This document shows positions 37,389 to 47,454 of a stretch of 64,000 nucleotides of DNA, piece after piece. Numbering within the stretch: the stretch's first letter is position 1; each line of letters opens with the position of its first letter. A model generated the notes under the pieces. It was not told where the DNA came from. It saw only the letters and a list, made by a program, of their open reading frames with translations, and searched no databases. Origin of the DNA: a virus (taxonomy: Duplodnaviria; Caudoviricetes); the IMG/VR virus record IMGVR_UViG_3300028833_000118, positions 1 through 64,000 of that record. One strand, written 5' to 3'. The position numbers were made by a program, and so were the translations under genes.

Positions 37389-37880
37389 TTATTCCTTACC
37401 AATCAACCAATCTATTGTAACCCCACACTTCTCCGCGATCCTTTTCAAAGCATATACCGACGGCACTGACATTCCACTGATATACTGTTGCACAGTTCCG
37501 GGGATTAATTCTATCTGTTCCGAAAACTCCATCAATGATCTGTCTCCTTTCAACTCGGCTAATCTAATTACAATAGTCTTTTTGACAGCCTCCATCTCTT
37601 CTTTCGTTATCCCACGAATAGTTTTCTTCCACTTGAAAGAATTCTCCCTTACTCCCCTTGCAACCTCATCTTCCTTTTTCTTCTGATTCCTTACGATCTG
37701 CTTCAATGCCCCTGTCAGAGTTCCGAGGCTTTTATACTCTCTCAAAAACTCTCCACTTGAATCATATAACCGAACGACATATACTTCTCCATTTTCTCTA
37801 TAGAACGTCTGGTAATACCACTCTACACCTCCAACTGTGATTTTTACCGGGCTATCACAATTCTCGATGTACTCATCCAT
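37389..37880 (-). CDS. Protein with C-terminal XRE-type helix-turn-helix
   Basis: FSEQIELIPGTVQQYISGMSVPSVYALKRIAEKCGVTIDWLIG; likely start ATG 37880. Confidence 0.8.
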   Translation of the reverse strand: MDEYIENCDSPVKITVGGVEWYYQTFYRENGEVYVVRLYDSSGEFLREYKSLGTLTGALKQIVRNQKKKEDEVARGVRENSFKWKKTIRGITKEEMEAVKKTIVIRLAELKGDRSLMEFSEQIELIPGTVQQYISGMSVPSVYALKRIAEKCGVTIDWLIGKE

Positions 37881-38475
37881 CTCCCTCTTCATCTTCACTA
37901 AACTCCTTCTTAAAATCAGCCACCGCTGGAAGATCATCCAGACGATACGCCTTTCTCAATTTAACACCATAATACCCTTTCCTCTCCTTATCTTTCAAGA
38001 AGAAAAATCTATCTTCCATCTCCAACGGTTTATCTTTATTAAACCCTTCATATACCTCGAATGTTCCCTTGTCCAGATCCAACACATACGCCCACTCGCA
38101 AAACAGACTATCCGCGGCAAACTCAATATCATTTTTCAAGGCGAGGCCATCATCGGAATCGTTAATCATCCCCAAAACTTTCTCGCTTGTATCTCTCGAA
38201 AGCTCGGGCCACTCTTTTGTCCAATCCTCGATTTCGCCACTTCGAATCCGGGCATTTCTTTCATCAATCTCATCCTGCGTAATCCAACGGCACTTCTCCA
38301 CCTTATCCCTGAATACACTCCGAAAATACGGGTTCGAAATAGATTGCGCGAACTTCAACACGTCGGCCCCTACTCCATCCGGGTATCCATCCCATTGTCC
38401 ATACTGGGCAACTTTATAATCTCCGCCACTATATACCGCGATCAAATGTCTTGTTCCCATACTGTGCCTCCCCAA
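37873..38475 (-). CDS. Conserved phage hypothetical protein
   Basis: MGTRHLI...AQYGQWDGYP...EWAYVLDLD pattern recurrent in phages. Confidence 0.7.
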   Translation of the reverse strand: MGRHSMGTRHLIAVYSGGDYKVAQYGQWDGYPDGVGADVLKFAQSISNPYFRSVFRDKVEKCRWITQDEIDERNARIRSGEIEDWTKEWPELSRDTSEKVLGMINDSDDGLALKNDIEFAADSLFCEWAYVLDLDKGTFEVYEGFNKDKPLEMEDRFFFLKDKERKGYYGVKLRKAYRLDDLPAVADFKKEFSEDEEGDG

Positions 38476-38669
38476 TTATTCCAATGTTTTACCGCCGCAT
38501 CTATCGTCCGAAAATCTCCACTCTTTGCCCCACAACTCAAACACTTCACCCGATACGGGAATTCCTTGTGTTTGTCTCTCTCCTGAATCACCGCATCATC
38601 CTCATTGCAGAAAGGACAACTTCTTAGCCTAATCTTTAAGTCAGAACGGGAGTTCACCATCGTCCTCAT
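38442..38669 (-). CDS. Lar-like restriction alleviation zinc-ribbon protein
   Basis: LRSCPFC...VKCLSCGA...AVKHWN. Confidence 0.7.
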   Translation of the reverse strand: MRTMVNSRSDLKIRLRSCPFCNEDDAVIQERDKHKEFPYRVKCLSCGAKSGDFRTIDAAVKHWNNWGGTVWEQDI

Positions 38670-39102
38670 CTACCTCCACAAATACTCCACTCGGCTTATC
38701 AATTCTCTCAGACGTATCTACCGCAACCCCATTGAAATTCTTCTGCTCGGCTCTTTCATCCCCATCTCTCTTGCTATCGCCGAAATACGCACTATCTACG
38801 ATGATCTCAATTGATGTTCTCTTGTTTCCATCTTTATCTTCCCACTTTCGGGACTGTAACCGACCATCGACAATGATTACACGGCCTTTTGAGAAATACT
38901 TGCTGACAAACTCACCTGTACTTCTCCACGCCACACAATCAAAGAAATCTGTGACCTTATCCCCATCTTTACTCTTGATGTCCCGGTCAACCGCAATTGT
39001 GAACGACGCAACCGGCGTGTTATTCCCGGTATATCTGAGTTCCGGGTCTCTCGTTAATCTTCCCCCGATAAGGACTCTATTAAGCATCTTCAAACTCCTC
39101 AC
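38641..39102 (-). CDS. ssb: Single-stranded DNA-binding protein
   Basis: LNRV...GRLTRDPELRYT, C-terminal ELPF. Confidence 0.95.
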   Translation of the reverse strand: MRSLKMLNRVLIGGRLTRDPELRYTGNNTPVASFTIAVDRDIKSKDGDKVTDFFDCVAWRSTGEFVSKYFSKGRVIIVDGRLQSRKWEDKDGNKRTSIEIIVDSAYFGDSKRDGDERAEQKNFNGVAVDTSERIDKPSGVFVEVDEDDGELPF

Positions 39103-39931
39103 AGAAATTCATATTTGAATTATTAAGGCTACGCTTAGCCATGAAGATCTTCCAATCCAGATAAATGTCTTTCAACATACTATCCAGATATCGAAGCCCC
39201 ATGTCCTTGATTTCATCCGGCACTCCATACATCGCTTCTGCCATTCCCCCGGCAATTGCCGCCGTTGTATCTGTATCTCCACCGATATAGATACAATTCC
39301 GGATCACCGATTCATAATCATTCCCCTCAAAGAACGCTGCGAACGCCTGCGGACACGAAATCTGGCAGAGCTCTTTCCCATGCCCATTCGTCTCTTTATG
39401 ATATTCTTCCACACTTTTGATTTCCGGGTAATACGTCTCTTCGATATACTCTCTGATCTCTTCCTTTGACTTCCCCTCACGAGCCAGAAAAATCGCCGCA
39501 GCCGTAGCCTGCGCACCTTTGATTCCCTCCGGATGATTGTGCGATACAAGCGTAACATCGTATGCCATGCTCTCCGCCTCATCCAAACTCCGAGCTGCGA
39601 ACCCAACCGGGCTCACCCGCATCGCCGCACCATTTCCACACGAAAAATACGGGACCTGCTCTTCATAGATCCATTTGTAGAACCTTCTCCCATATCCTGC
39701 ATGAGGGTACCAATACCCAATATTCGCCATTGCATTTTTCGCGGTTCTCTGCAAAGAGATTCCATCCCGGTAATGATCCATGATTCCCTTCGCCACCGAA
39801 AGCGTCATCACAGTATCATCCGTGAAACAATCATCCCATGTAAAGAGCTCGAAATCTCTTGTCTTTTCATTCTTGAACTCGAACCGACTTCCAACGATAT
39901 CACCAATTACCGCACCAATCAAATAGCCCAC
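39080..39931 (-). CDS. ADP-ribosylglycohydrolase (DraG/ARH family)
   Basis: GAVIGDIVGS, FTDDT, GNGAAMR and GGDTDTTAAIAG motifs. Confidence 0.92.
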   Translation of the reverse strand: MGYLIGAVIGDIVGSRFEFKNEKTRDFELFTWDDCFTDDTVMTLSVAKGIMDHYRDGISLQRTAKNAMANIGYWYPHAGYGRRFYKWIYEEQVPYFSCGNGAAMRVSPVGFAARSLDEAESMAYDVTLVSHNHPEGIKGAQATAAAIFLAREGKSKEEIREYIEETYYPEIKSVEEYHKETNGHGKELCQISCPQAFAAFFEGNDYESVIRNCIYIGGDTDTTAAIAGGMAEAMYGVPDEIKDMGLRYLDSMLKDIYLDWKIFMAKRSLNNSNMNFCEEFEDA

Positions 39932-39937
39932 CCTCTC

Positions 39938-40795
39938 TTATGCTATGTTGCTCATATATACTTTATCCCACTCTTTTCCCTTAAAACGTTCCCACAAGGG
40001 GGAAAAGAACACCTTTTTTTCCTGCTTATAGTTGTATACTCTCTCGAACTTCCGCAGCGTCTCTTCTTCTCTCACAAATTCTTCCAACACATCAGTGTTA
40101 CCGTATTTCTCAATTTTCTCTAACCACCGCCTATTTGAAATTTCAGGACAATACCATGCGAACTTTGTGATTGCAACGATCTTTCTCTGCGCCCCTTTCC
40201 CCTTGCAAGCCTCACTTGTCCTAACGAAAAAATCCATGATATTCCTTGCGCTTGCCTTGTCGTATACCTTAAATCTCCCTTCGGTGACGTCTCCACCTTT
40301 CCCAATCGTCTTCCCCGTCGTTGAAGGCACACCCAACAGAATCGCAACAATTTCGGCACCACAATACGCTTTATACTCTTCACAAATTGACCTCAAAAAC
40401 TGATAATCAGGATACCCGAGGTCTGCATAACAACTAATAAAATCCATAGGCTTCCAATTGAGCTGCTTCATGTTCAAGGCTATGCAATCATCAATCGTCG
40501 CGCCCTCCGAAACAACATATTCTATGGGGAGCCCCAATTCTTTAAGCGCCTCAAATCTCCCCTGCCCATCAATCAACTCAAACTTTTCATTCACTACAAT
40601 GGGATTCCTGATCCATCCTCTTTTTTCGATGCTGGACTTAATCATCTTTTTTCTTCCTTCGAGGACTTCCCTATTCCCATTCAACTTCTTGAATTTTGAA
40701 TAATCGCATTCGCTATAAACGAAATCAACAGGCTCTCCATACTCTTTTCTCATCATTTCTCCCTCATTTCTCGAATTCTTTTCTATCATTTTCAT
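39938..40795 (-). CDS. ParB/Srx-like N-terminal domain protein
   Basis: GNR.V, PIVVNE...IDGQGRFEA. Confidence 0.7.
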   Translation of the reverse strand: MKMIEKNSRNEGEMMRKEYGEPVDFVYSECDYSKFKKLNGNREVLEGRKKMIKSSIEKRGWIRNPIVVNEKFELIDGQGRFEALKELGLPIEYVVSEGATIDDCIALNMKQLNWKPMDFISCYADLGYPDYQFLRSICEEYKAYCGAEIVAILLGVPSTTGKTIGKGGDVTEGRFKVYDKASARNIMDFFVRTSEACKGKGAQRKIVAITKFAWYCPEISNRRWLEKIEKYGNTDVLEEFVREEETLRKFERVYNYKQEKKVFFSPLWERFKGKEWDKVYMSNIA

Positions 40796-40814
40796 TTTGC
40801 TCTTATTCCCTTCC

Positions 40815-41216
40815 TTACTCTTCCACTACTTCACATTCCGGCAGATCCCCATACGAAAACGGCTCTCTACCATCATACGGGAACTTTTCTCTCAAAACTT
40901 GATAGATGTCAAAACTCATATCCGCATCTTCAAATTTCCCGATCCCATAACTATGTCCCGCACCTCCGAGCTCCGGGTAAATCGCTTTCTTTGCCGCCGC
41001 AAGGCAGCACTCAGCAATATCTCTCCGATAAAACCAATCATCTCCCTCTTGTCCCAACATCATCCTGTATGAGATCTCATTGAACTGGCCCATCTTGATC
41101 CTCGCATAGAACTCGCAGGCCATCGCACAGATCTTCGCCTGTTCCTCATTCAACTTCAACAGATATTTCATTTTCCCTCGCCTCCAGAAAATCCAACACC
41201 TTATTTCCCATCTCAT
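40815..41216 (-). CDS. Hypothetical protein
   Basis: Tightly packed minus-strand ORF. Confidence 0.6.
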   Translation of the reverse strand: MRWEIRCWIFWRRGKMKYLLKLNEEQAKICAMACEFYARIKMGQFNEISYRMMLGQEGDDWFYRRDIAECCLAAAKKAIYPELGGAGHSYGIGKFEDADMSFDIYQVLREKFPYDGREPFSYGDLPECEVVEE

Positions 41217-41433
41217 TACAGATATTGAAAATCGTATTGAAATTATCCGAATTCACTACCAGAGCCTTCATCGCCTCGATCCTCGCATTGAATTCGACCA
41301 TCATATCTACAATCTCTTCCGGCTCATATCCAGTTTCCTCATACCGAGCTAACTTTTCCCGAATGCTATAACTATCCGTGTTCTCATACACCGCATTCGT
41401 CAACGGATCTCTTCTCGTATAACGCTCTACCAT
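41146..41433 (-). CDS. Hypothetical protein
   Basis: KLARYEETGYEPEEI is a common phage motif. Confidence 0.6.
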   Translation of the reverse strand: MVERYTRRDPLTNAVYENTDSYSIREKLARYEETGYEPEEIVDMMVEFNARIEAMKALVVNSDNFNTIFNICNEMGNKVLDFLEARENEISVEVE

Positions 41434-41453
41434 TTACTTTTGCTCCGATCACT

Positions 41454-41648
41454 TTATTCAAATAAACTATCTGGGTTAATAAAAGGGGTGGCCCACACCC
41501 GATTATCTTTTCCGAGACCTACGATCTCACCATAAATGATATCTCCCATATACCGAAGCCCGATCCAGCAATCCTCATCCCAAATCAACAGATCGTCTCC
41601 GATTTTGTAGATCCCCTTATCAATCACTTTTGCTCTCACTTTTCTCAC
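41454..41648 (-). CDS. Hypothetical protein
   Basis: First ORF after the 41662 promoter. Confidence 0.55.
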   Translation of the reverse strand: MRKVRAKVIDKGIYKIGDDLLIWDEDCWIGLRYMGDIIYGEIVGLGKDNRVWATPFINPDSLFE

Positions 41649-41661
41649 CCCCTACGCTGAC

Positions 41662-41715
41662 ATTTTACTGAATTTCCAATGCAAAGTCAATCGTATATAT
41701 GCACGTTTTTTCGTG
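41662..41715 (-). promoter_or_regulatory. sigmaA promoter with upstream CACG-N6-CGTG site
   Basis: TTGACT-17-TAAAAT; palindrome at 41702-41715, 11 nt upstream of the -35. Confidence 0.75.
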
Positions 41716-41732
41716 ATTTATTTTGTACATAA

Positions 41733-42128
41733 TCACAACACATCCATTACGCTTTTCCGGATCTTGTTATAATATTCCACCCTTCTGCTGATGTTTACCC
41801 AACTCGATTCAAACAAACTCACTGTCTCATCATATGCCAAGATATTTCCAGACTCAAAAGAGATGTCATCCCCCGGCACATTGACACCGAACAGCCCCTC
41901 CGCCGTCTTAAACACTTTCAACGCCTTTTCTTTATCGATGATATACATGAAATCTGCTTTCCCAAAGAAATCTTCAAACCCATTCTTCTCTACACTCAAT
42001 TCTCGATATTTATCATCGAATGTCCGAACTCCGCTCACATCCATAAGCTTCATCTCATAATTGATGCACTCTTCTTCTGTATCGAACTGTTCTCCATCTT
42101 CTGCAAGCCAATAAACAACTTTTTCCAT
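41733..42128 (-). CDS. Hypothetical protein
   Basis: Packed ORF. Confidence 0.6.
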   Translation of the reverse strand: MEKVVYWLAEDGEQFDTEEECINYEMKLMDVSGVRTFDDKYRELSVEKNGFEDFFGKADFMYIIDKEKALKVFKTAEGLFGVNVPGDDISFESGNILAYDETVSLFESSWVNISRRVEYYNKIRKSVMDVL

Positions 42129-42137
42129 CTCTTCACC

Positions 42138-42530
42138 TCACCATTGCACATATAACAGATCCGCCGGGATCTCCTGCCACGCCCAATCGCCTGTTACATT
42201 CTTCCTGATACACTCTTCCAGAGATTGCAGAACACGCAACGCATCATGCGTATTCCCCCATCCATTTTCTGCATTATACTTCCGATACTCTTTTTCGTTG
42301 AATTTGAGCTCATTGATACCGTGCTGAATCAACGGCAGAACATCCGACACCTTATAATATTCGCCCTGCTCAAAATCCCATCCGGTACATTTGCGGAACA
42401 TCAGGCCCAGATTATATGTCGGACTATCCAACTCCGGCTCATCGATCACTGCATACAGATTATCTCCGCCCTCGACCTTGACACTTAATCTCAGATCATA
42501 ACTCATGCGCTTTCCTCCACATAGAAGCAA
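42138..42530 (-). CDS. Conserved phage hypothetical protein
   Basis: MSYDL...PTYNL..MF...Y...NGWG pattern. Confidence 0.65.
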   Translation of the reverse strand: MLLCGGKRMSYDLRLSVKVEGGDNLYAVIDEPELDSPTYNLGLMFRKCTGWDFEQGEYYKVSDVLPLIQHGINELKFNEKEYRKYNAENGWGNTHDALRVLQSLEECIRKNVTGDWAWQEIPADLLYVQW

Positions 42531-42886
42531 AAATCCGATCCGATAAAATCATCCGCCGAACACTCCACATTCGCGAACAATCTCAGGCACCGGCTTTTTG
42601 TCAGGCAATCGATTGACCATCCAATCGGCTTGACCATTTCAACCCTAACATCTTTCCCATATCCACCGATTCCATTAATGTGTACCACATCTGACCATCC
42701 AGATACTACACCGACTATCCCATCTTTCCCGATCAAGATAAACTTCATACACCGATAACCGCTATCATGCTTATCATTGGTCGGCACAATGACGATACTT
42801 GTAAACAACCCTTCCGGCCCAAAATTCTTCATATCAAGGAACTCTTTCTTTGTGTACTCTGTAAGCGGTTTTGTTAATCGTTCCAT
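42503..42886 (-). CDS. Hypothetical protein
   Basis: Packed ORF. Confidence 0.6.
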   Translation of the reverse strand: MERLTKPLTEYTKKEFLDMKNFGPEGLFTSIVIVPTNDKHDSGYRCMKFILIGKDGIVGVVSGWSDVVHINGIGGYGKDVRVEMVKPIGWSIDCLTKSRCLRLFANVECSADDFIGSDFCFYVEESA

Positions 42887-43149
42887 GGTTCCTCCCTTCC
42901 ATAAGAACAGAAAGCATCAGGTCTCATCTCATCCTCCAAAATCGGGCAATAATACTCTTCGATAAAGCCCTTTGCTCTCCCCAGCTCTTTGCCTTTCCCA
43001 AAGAAATAACAATCCTCACATCGGACTACCTTTACAAGATCAACCTCCGGCGCTTCTTCGATCAACTTTCTCGCCCCACCCGGAGGCCCTACATGATGCT
43101 TGTCATACTCTTCTAAAAGGGCATTTTTGCTGATATATGCCTCTCTCAT
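42874..43149 (-). CDS. Small Cys-rich phage protein
   Basis: VVRCEDC...FCSYG. Confidence 0.65.
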   Translation of the reverse strand: MREAYISKNALLEEYDKHHVGPPGGARKLIEEAPEVDLVKVVRCEDCYFFGKGKELGRAKGFIEEYYCPILEDEMRPDAFCSYGREEPWND

Positions 43150-43586
43150 TTCCCCTCCAACAATTCCGGGTTATCATACACATTCCCGATCACCTCAATC
43201 TGGTTATCATTCAACAGATACATATGCGCCGCCGTTGAACTTCCGCCACCGAACCCACAATTGAACGCTCCGAAACTGAAAACTACTCTTTCCGGCGTTT
43301 TCCCATGATATGTGCGTTTAAGAACAATATCCCCTTCAAAGATCTTTTTCCCCTTCTTGTCGATCATTCCAGACCATTCACCAACCGTTTCCGGATCAAC
43401 ATGAATACCCATTATCCCTCTTGGCATATTCCAATCTGAAAACTCATCTTGAATGATTACATGTTCAATGTCCTCATCTTTGACACCATATCCGACGGGA
43501 GACGGAGTTCTGTTGATATGCTTGAAATATGATCCATAAATCCATCTCCCATGATTATTTTTCGCTCTAAAAAGAATCTCTCTCAT
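43146..43586 (-). CDS. YopX-family protein
   Basis: MREILFRAK, ETVG...DKKGKKIFEGDI, EVIGNVYDNPELL. Confidence 0.9.
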   Translation of the reverse strand: MREILFRAKNNHGRWIYGSYFKHINRTPSPVGYGVKDEDIEHVIIQDEFSDWNMPRGIMGIHVDPETVGEWSGMIDKKGKKIFEGDIVLKRTYHGKTPERVVFSFGAFNCGFGGGSSTAAHMYLLNDNQIEVIGNVYDNPELLEGK

Positions 43587-43794
43587 CTTTTTCCTCCAAC
43601 AGATTTCTCAATCTCTGGATCTCATTCTGCATCCCGATCAAATCACTCATCCGTATCGTCACATAATCGCTCTTGATACATCCGGTGGTCTTACAATAAC
43701 CAAGATCTGTCTTATTATCGCACACTACCGGGCAAGGCCCGATTCCTGTGACCCTCTGCATCCTTTGGGCCTCCCACCAATCCGCTATCTTCAT
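43567..43794 (-). CDS. Hypothetical protein
   Basis: Packed ORF. Confidence 0.5.
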   Translation of the reverse strand: MKIADWWEAQRMQRVTGIGPCPVVCDNKTDLGYCKTTGCIKSDYVTIRMSDLIGMQNEIQRLRNLLEEKDERDSF

Positions 43795-44540
43795 TCTTCC
43801 TCTACCAGGCCAACATAATCGCTATCTTTATAATTCTTCATCCAATCCACCAGAATCAACCCCGCCACATACGGATCAAGATCGAATTCCCTTTCAAGAT
43901 ACGGTCTCGCTCCATACATATTTGTCTCTCCAGACCGACGCAACTTTTCAAGATAGATCCAATAATCATTGTTCGTCATCTTTACCTCCGCAGGACTTTT
44001 GATATACGAAACCCATTTCTCCAAACACTCGTCTTTCCCGATCTGCCGACCATCGCACTCAAATGTCATCGGGCAGAGGAAACAAGGGACATATGTACTA
44101 CAATAACCCGCCAACCCTTCATCCGACTCAGAACGGATTTTGTCGCCCCACGTCATCGGCTGATAATCCTCACATTCTGTTATTCTGTGGTCGTACCCAT
44201 AACAAGACTTATCGGCACAGTTCATACAAAGATCGCTCTTCATTTCTTTGATTTTAAACCTTTCTTTTGGGTTATAATCATTTTCCCCTTTGGTATCGAA
44301 AACCATAATCTTTTCTTCCTCATCCTCCGGGTGCTTGTCTCTCATCTTATGCTTTCGATTATTCACACACCATTCACACGATCCATGGTTACGGCAAGTG
44401 CCATCTATGGCTTTACTTCCACGATAAGGTTTTCTCTTTTCCTTTCCATGCTCAATCGCTTTATCGAGGCTCATTCTTCCTCCTCCACCGGCTCCACCGG
44501 GCTTTTGAGCCAATAAAGCCAACACTGCCACGGAGTACAA
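43791..44540 (-). CDS. Hypothetical fusion of several small phage modules
   Basis: Likely start at MSLDKAIEHGKE; three dissimilar segments. Confidence 0.6.
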   Translation of the reverse strand: MYSVAVLALLAQKPGGAGGGGRMSLDKAIEHGKEKRKPYRGSKAIDGTCRNHGSCEWCVNNRKHKMRDKHPEDEEEKIMVFDTKGENDYNPKERFKIKEMKSDLCMNCADKSCYGYDHRITECEDYQPMTWGDKIRSESDEGLAGYCSTYVPCFLCPMTFECDGRQIGKDECLEKWVSYIKSPAEVKMTNNDYWIYLEKLRRSGETNMYGARPYLEREFDLDPYVAGLILVDWMKNYKDSDYVGLVEEE

Positions 44541-44800
44541 GTTTCGTTTTCCCTGACACCCTCAGGGCAATCTCCCACTGTCGGACAATCCCCATTGGAA
44601 ATCTCATTGATGTATTTTGCCAATTCCTCCACGCTCATTGCCTTGATTCCGTCGAAATGGGTCATGGACTTTAGGCCTTTCTTCTGCGTGTACATGGGGC
44701 AAGACAATCCATCGCATTTAAGATACCCAGCCTCGCAAGTCGCTTTTCCGACAAAACCAGTCCACAAATTGTGGACGCAATCAAAGTATTCTTTGTTCAT
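44471..44800 (-). CDS. Hypothetical Cys-rich protein
   Basis: Packed ORF. Confidence 0.6.
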   Translation of the reverse strand: MNKEYFDCVHNLWTGFVGKATCEAGYLKCDGLSCPMYTQKKGLKSMTHFDGIKAMSVEELAKYINEISNGDCPTVGDCPEGVRENETCTPWQCWLYWLKSPVEPVEEEE

Positions 44801-45108
44801 CTCTTTCCCTCCTGGTCTGACGGGATAATGGTTGGAGCAAGGATTATTGACCTCAAAACGCTTCTGTAACTTGCTCCGACTACTCCATCCGGACGCCCTA
44901 ACTGACTGTAATAATCTTCATTGTCGGCAAGTGCCTTATCCGCATCAATCAATCTCCCATGCTCCGAGACTTCACTTATTGGGCACTCTGGATGGACGAT
45001 ATGCGCTGGGAGATCAACTTGTCTCCATAACTGACACCAATTACGGATTTTGCACGGAGCACACCCTGTTGGTTTATAAAACGCATCCCCCTTGATGTAT
45101 ATGCTCAT
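44797..45108 (-). CDS. Hypothetical protein (HGRLIDAD family)
   Basis: Motif shared with 45693-46082 and 46684-47007. Confidence 0.65.
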   Translation of the reverse strand: MSIYIKGDAFYKPTGCAPCKIRNWCQLWRQVDLPAHIVHPECPISEVSEHGRLIDADKALADNEDYYSQLGRPDGVVGASYRSVLRSIILAPTIIPSDQEGKR

Positions 45109-45344
45109 TCTGTTTTCTCCCGGAACGAATTATAAAATTCCTCCAATTCTGTGAAATCTTCATCTGAAAGTCCAAATACTTCAAAATACGAATAAAAATA
45201 ACAAATGTCTATCGTAAGACCCGCATCATCATAAACTGTAACCATCGGGTCTCCTACCCAATTACGGCAATCGAATATTCCACAATCCGCCTCCTCAAAA
45301 TGCTCTTCTATGACCCTCTTTGCAATTTCAAGATTTGTTTTCAT
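45105..45344 (-). CDS. Hypothetical protein
   Basis: Packed ORF. Confidence 0.6.
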   Translation of the reverse strand: MKTNLEIAKRVIEEHFEEADCGIFDCRNWVGDPMVTVYDDAGLTIDICYFYSYFEVFGLSDEDFTELEEFYNSFREKTE

Positions 45345-45547
45345 TCTGTTTCCTCCTTTACACTATCCCAAATATCGCATTGCAAAATGATTTCTTTTGC
45401 CCATCCTCGGATAAGGATTCTGCGTGAGTCACCATGACCATCTTCTGCATAACGGTTAATCGCTCCCGCCAATTCAGCAATTCTTTGTACGGCGCAAAGC
45501 CACCCCGGTTTTGCGCCTATTGGCGTTACCAATTCGTTGTTACTCAT
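45341..45547 (-). CDS. Hypothetical protein
   Basis: Packed ORF. Confidence 0.6.
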   Translation of the reverse strand: MSNNELVTPIGAKPGWLCAVQRIAELAGAINRYAEDGHGDSRRILIRGWAKEIILQCDIWDSVKEETE

Positions 45548-45692
45548 CCCTCTCCCTCCCCTGCCTCTCTGAGCGCTCTGTCAATCGCATCATAGCATAT
45601 TTGAATTATTTGTTTGAACTCCATATCAGAAAACAAATCGCTTTTAACACAAACATCCACCGCTTCAATAAGTTCTCTTTTTTCGACTATTG

Positions 45693-46082
45693 TCATTTCT
45701 CTTCCTCCTTATCTGTCGTGCTTGCCGGGATGATGGTTGGAGTGTCTTCTACAAATGCAGCGGCTGCAACGTGCCAATTGAATCTTCGAATCCCGACTCT
45801 TCCTAACAGCTTCAAGCTTCTGTGCTCGGTACAGAACTCATCCGCATCAATCAGCCGTCCGTGGTCGGGGACAGGGATAACCTCACACACCCAATGGTTA
45901 CTATCAACCATAATATGTAGTTTTGATTTCCCATCGGGGTAAACCATCCAAAACCCGTGGACATTATAAGTTTCGGATGTTTTGAAATGACATACTGGCA
46001 TCTCCATACCGGGAATATAGATACCGCTCACTTGCTTTTCCTCCCCATATAAATACCAAGAATAAATATTCCAACAGCCCAC
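45693..46082 (-). CDS. Hypothetical protein (HGRLIDAD family)
   Basis: Motif; true start probably internal (VSGIYIPG). Confidence 0.6.
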   Translation of the reverse strand: MGCWNIYSWYLYGEEKQVSGIYIPGMEMPVCHFKTSETYNVHGFWMVYPDGKSKLHIMVDSNHWVCEVIPVPDHGRLIDADEFCTEHRSLKLLGRVGIRRFNWHVAAAAFVEDTPTIIPASTTDKEEEK

Positions 46083-46274
46083 ATTCCAATAAAAACGGAA
46101 AATGTGATTCCACTCATCCTACTTCCTCCTTCGGCACTTTCTTGCGCTGCTTATCGAACCGCATTGCTTTTCTGATAATTTGCTCCATGTGTTCACATCG
46201 TTCACCACGGTCAACGGTATAGTTGTATTCCTTGCAATAACAGATGAACGGGCAATCCAATGATACGCAAGTTG

Positions 46275-46733
46275 TCATGCTTCCTCCTTTGGCGGTGTAG
46301 GTAGTGGCATATAGTGCGTTACATCCGGCTCATGCTTTCCATCCACATGAAAGTACGGCACGTTGTCAAACTTGTCTGTCGTGTAGTCAGCGACTTCATA
46401 ATAACCATTTGCAAAAACAAGATAGCCATTATATCCATCATCTCCGACTTTAAGTGTCGGCTCCTCCGCCACGGGTATCCACTTCGGTTTATAGTCTCGC
46501 CGTCCCGCCCAATAACCGACATCGTATCCCTCATTGTGGGCATCATTCACAGCATCGAGTGTTTTTTGAAGTTCCTCTATGGCATCGGCGGCTTCGCTCA
46601 CGCAATCCCAACACTCCTGTATCATCTCATCAGAGACCAAACCATTATAATCTCTCAGCGCCTTACAGCGCTTCACTAATTCCTCATACATCAAATCCAC
46701 CTTTTCTCTCTCCAGAAATAACGGCAGGCTCAT
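46275..46733 (-). CDS. DUF551-like protein
   Basis: KWIPVAEEP...VTHYMPLPTPP. Confidence 0.7.
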   Translation of the reverse strand: MSLPLFLEREKVDLMYEELVKRCKALRDYNGLVSDEMIQECWDCVSEAADAIEELQKTLDAVNDAHNEGYDVGYWAGRRDYKPKWIPVAEEPTLKVGDDGYNGYLVFANGYYEVADYTTDKFDNVPYFHVDGKHEPDVTHYMPLPTPPKEEA

Positions 46734-47007
46734 CTTCGATCATCATTCTCGAAAAACCACTGTCGGAATAACCTCCACCATACGTTTCGCAAACATCCTC
46801 TGTTTTCTTTAACAGAACATCCCGATCTATCAGATCGCCATGATCCGGGACAGAAACGGCCTCTTTCCAATCAGTAAGGCCACCCGCTCGGTAGTGGTAT
46901 AGCCTCGCATACATCTTTCCATCAATACCACAGGCGAATTCAATAGATAGTCCCGGTTCAATTGCCTCCTTGCTCGGAAGATCCAGATCCTTGATATACA
47001 ATCCCAT
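46684..47007 (-). CDS. Hypothetical protein (HGDLIDRD family)
   Basis: Motif. Confidence 0.6.
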   Translation of the reverse strand: MGLYIKDLDLPSKEAIEPGLSIEFACGIDGKMYARLYHYRAGGLTDWKEAVSVPDHGDLIDRDVLLKKTEDVCETYGGGYSDSGFSRMMIEDEPAVISGERKGGFDV

Positions 47008-47181
47008 CTTCTCTCCCCCATTACCACAGACCTTGAATGTGCGTCACAACTCCTGTAACGCCTGCAGCCATAATTGCAAAATTCCACCAAGGAACATACT
47101 GGCCCCGAACCCCCTTCATGATATTAAGAGGCACATACCAGATAGACACGAACAACACAAGAACATACAACCAGATCATCT

Positions 47182-47442
47182 TCACTTCACCTCACTCTTT
47201 AACCATTTCAGGAGTGCATGAGCCTTTCCCTCATATTCGGGGAGCCACCCGGCTATATCGCTCAGATATTCGGCAAATTCCTCCACATTCATACTCTTTA
47301 TCTCATCAAAACGTGTCTTTGGCTTTGGAATTTCTTTTCTTCCAGAACACGCCGTAACAGCCGTTCCTCTGCGAGCCGACAACCTTTCAGACGCACAATC
47401 TCCATGCTTGAGGCAACCCAAACAACGGTTTTCCATTAACAT
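47182..47442 (-). CDS. Hypothetical protein
   Basis: RFDEIKSMNVEEFAEYL motif. Confidence 0.6.
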   Translation of the reverse strand: MLMENRCLGCLKHGDCASERLSARRGTAVTACSGRKEIPKPKTRFDEIKSMNVEEFAEYLSDIAGWLPEYEGKAHALLKWLKSEVK

Positions 47443-47454
47443 TAAACACCTCCA

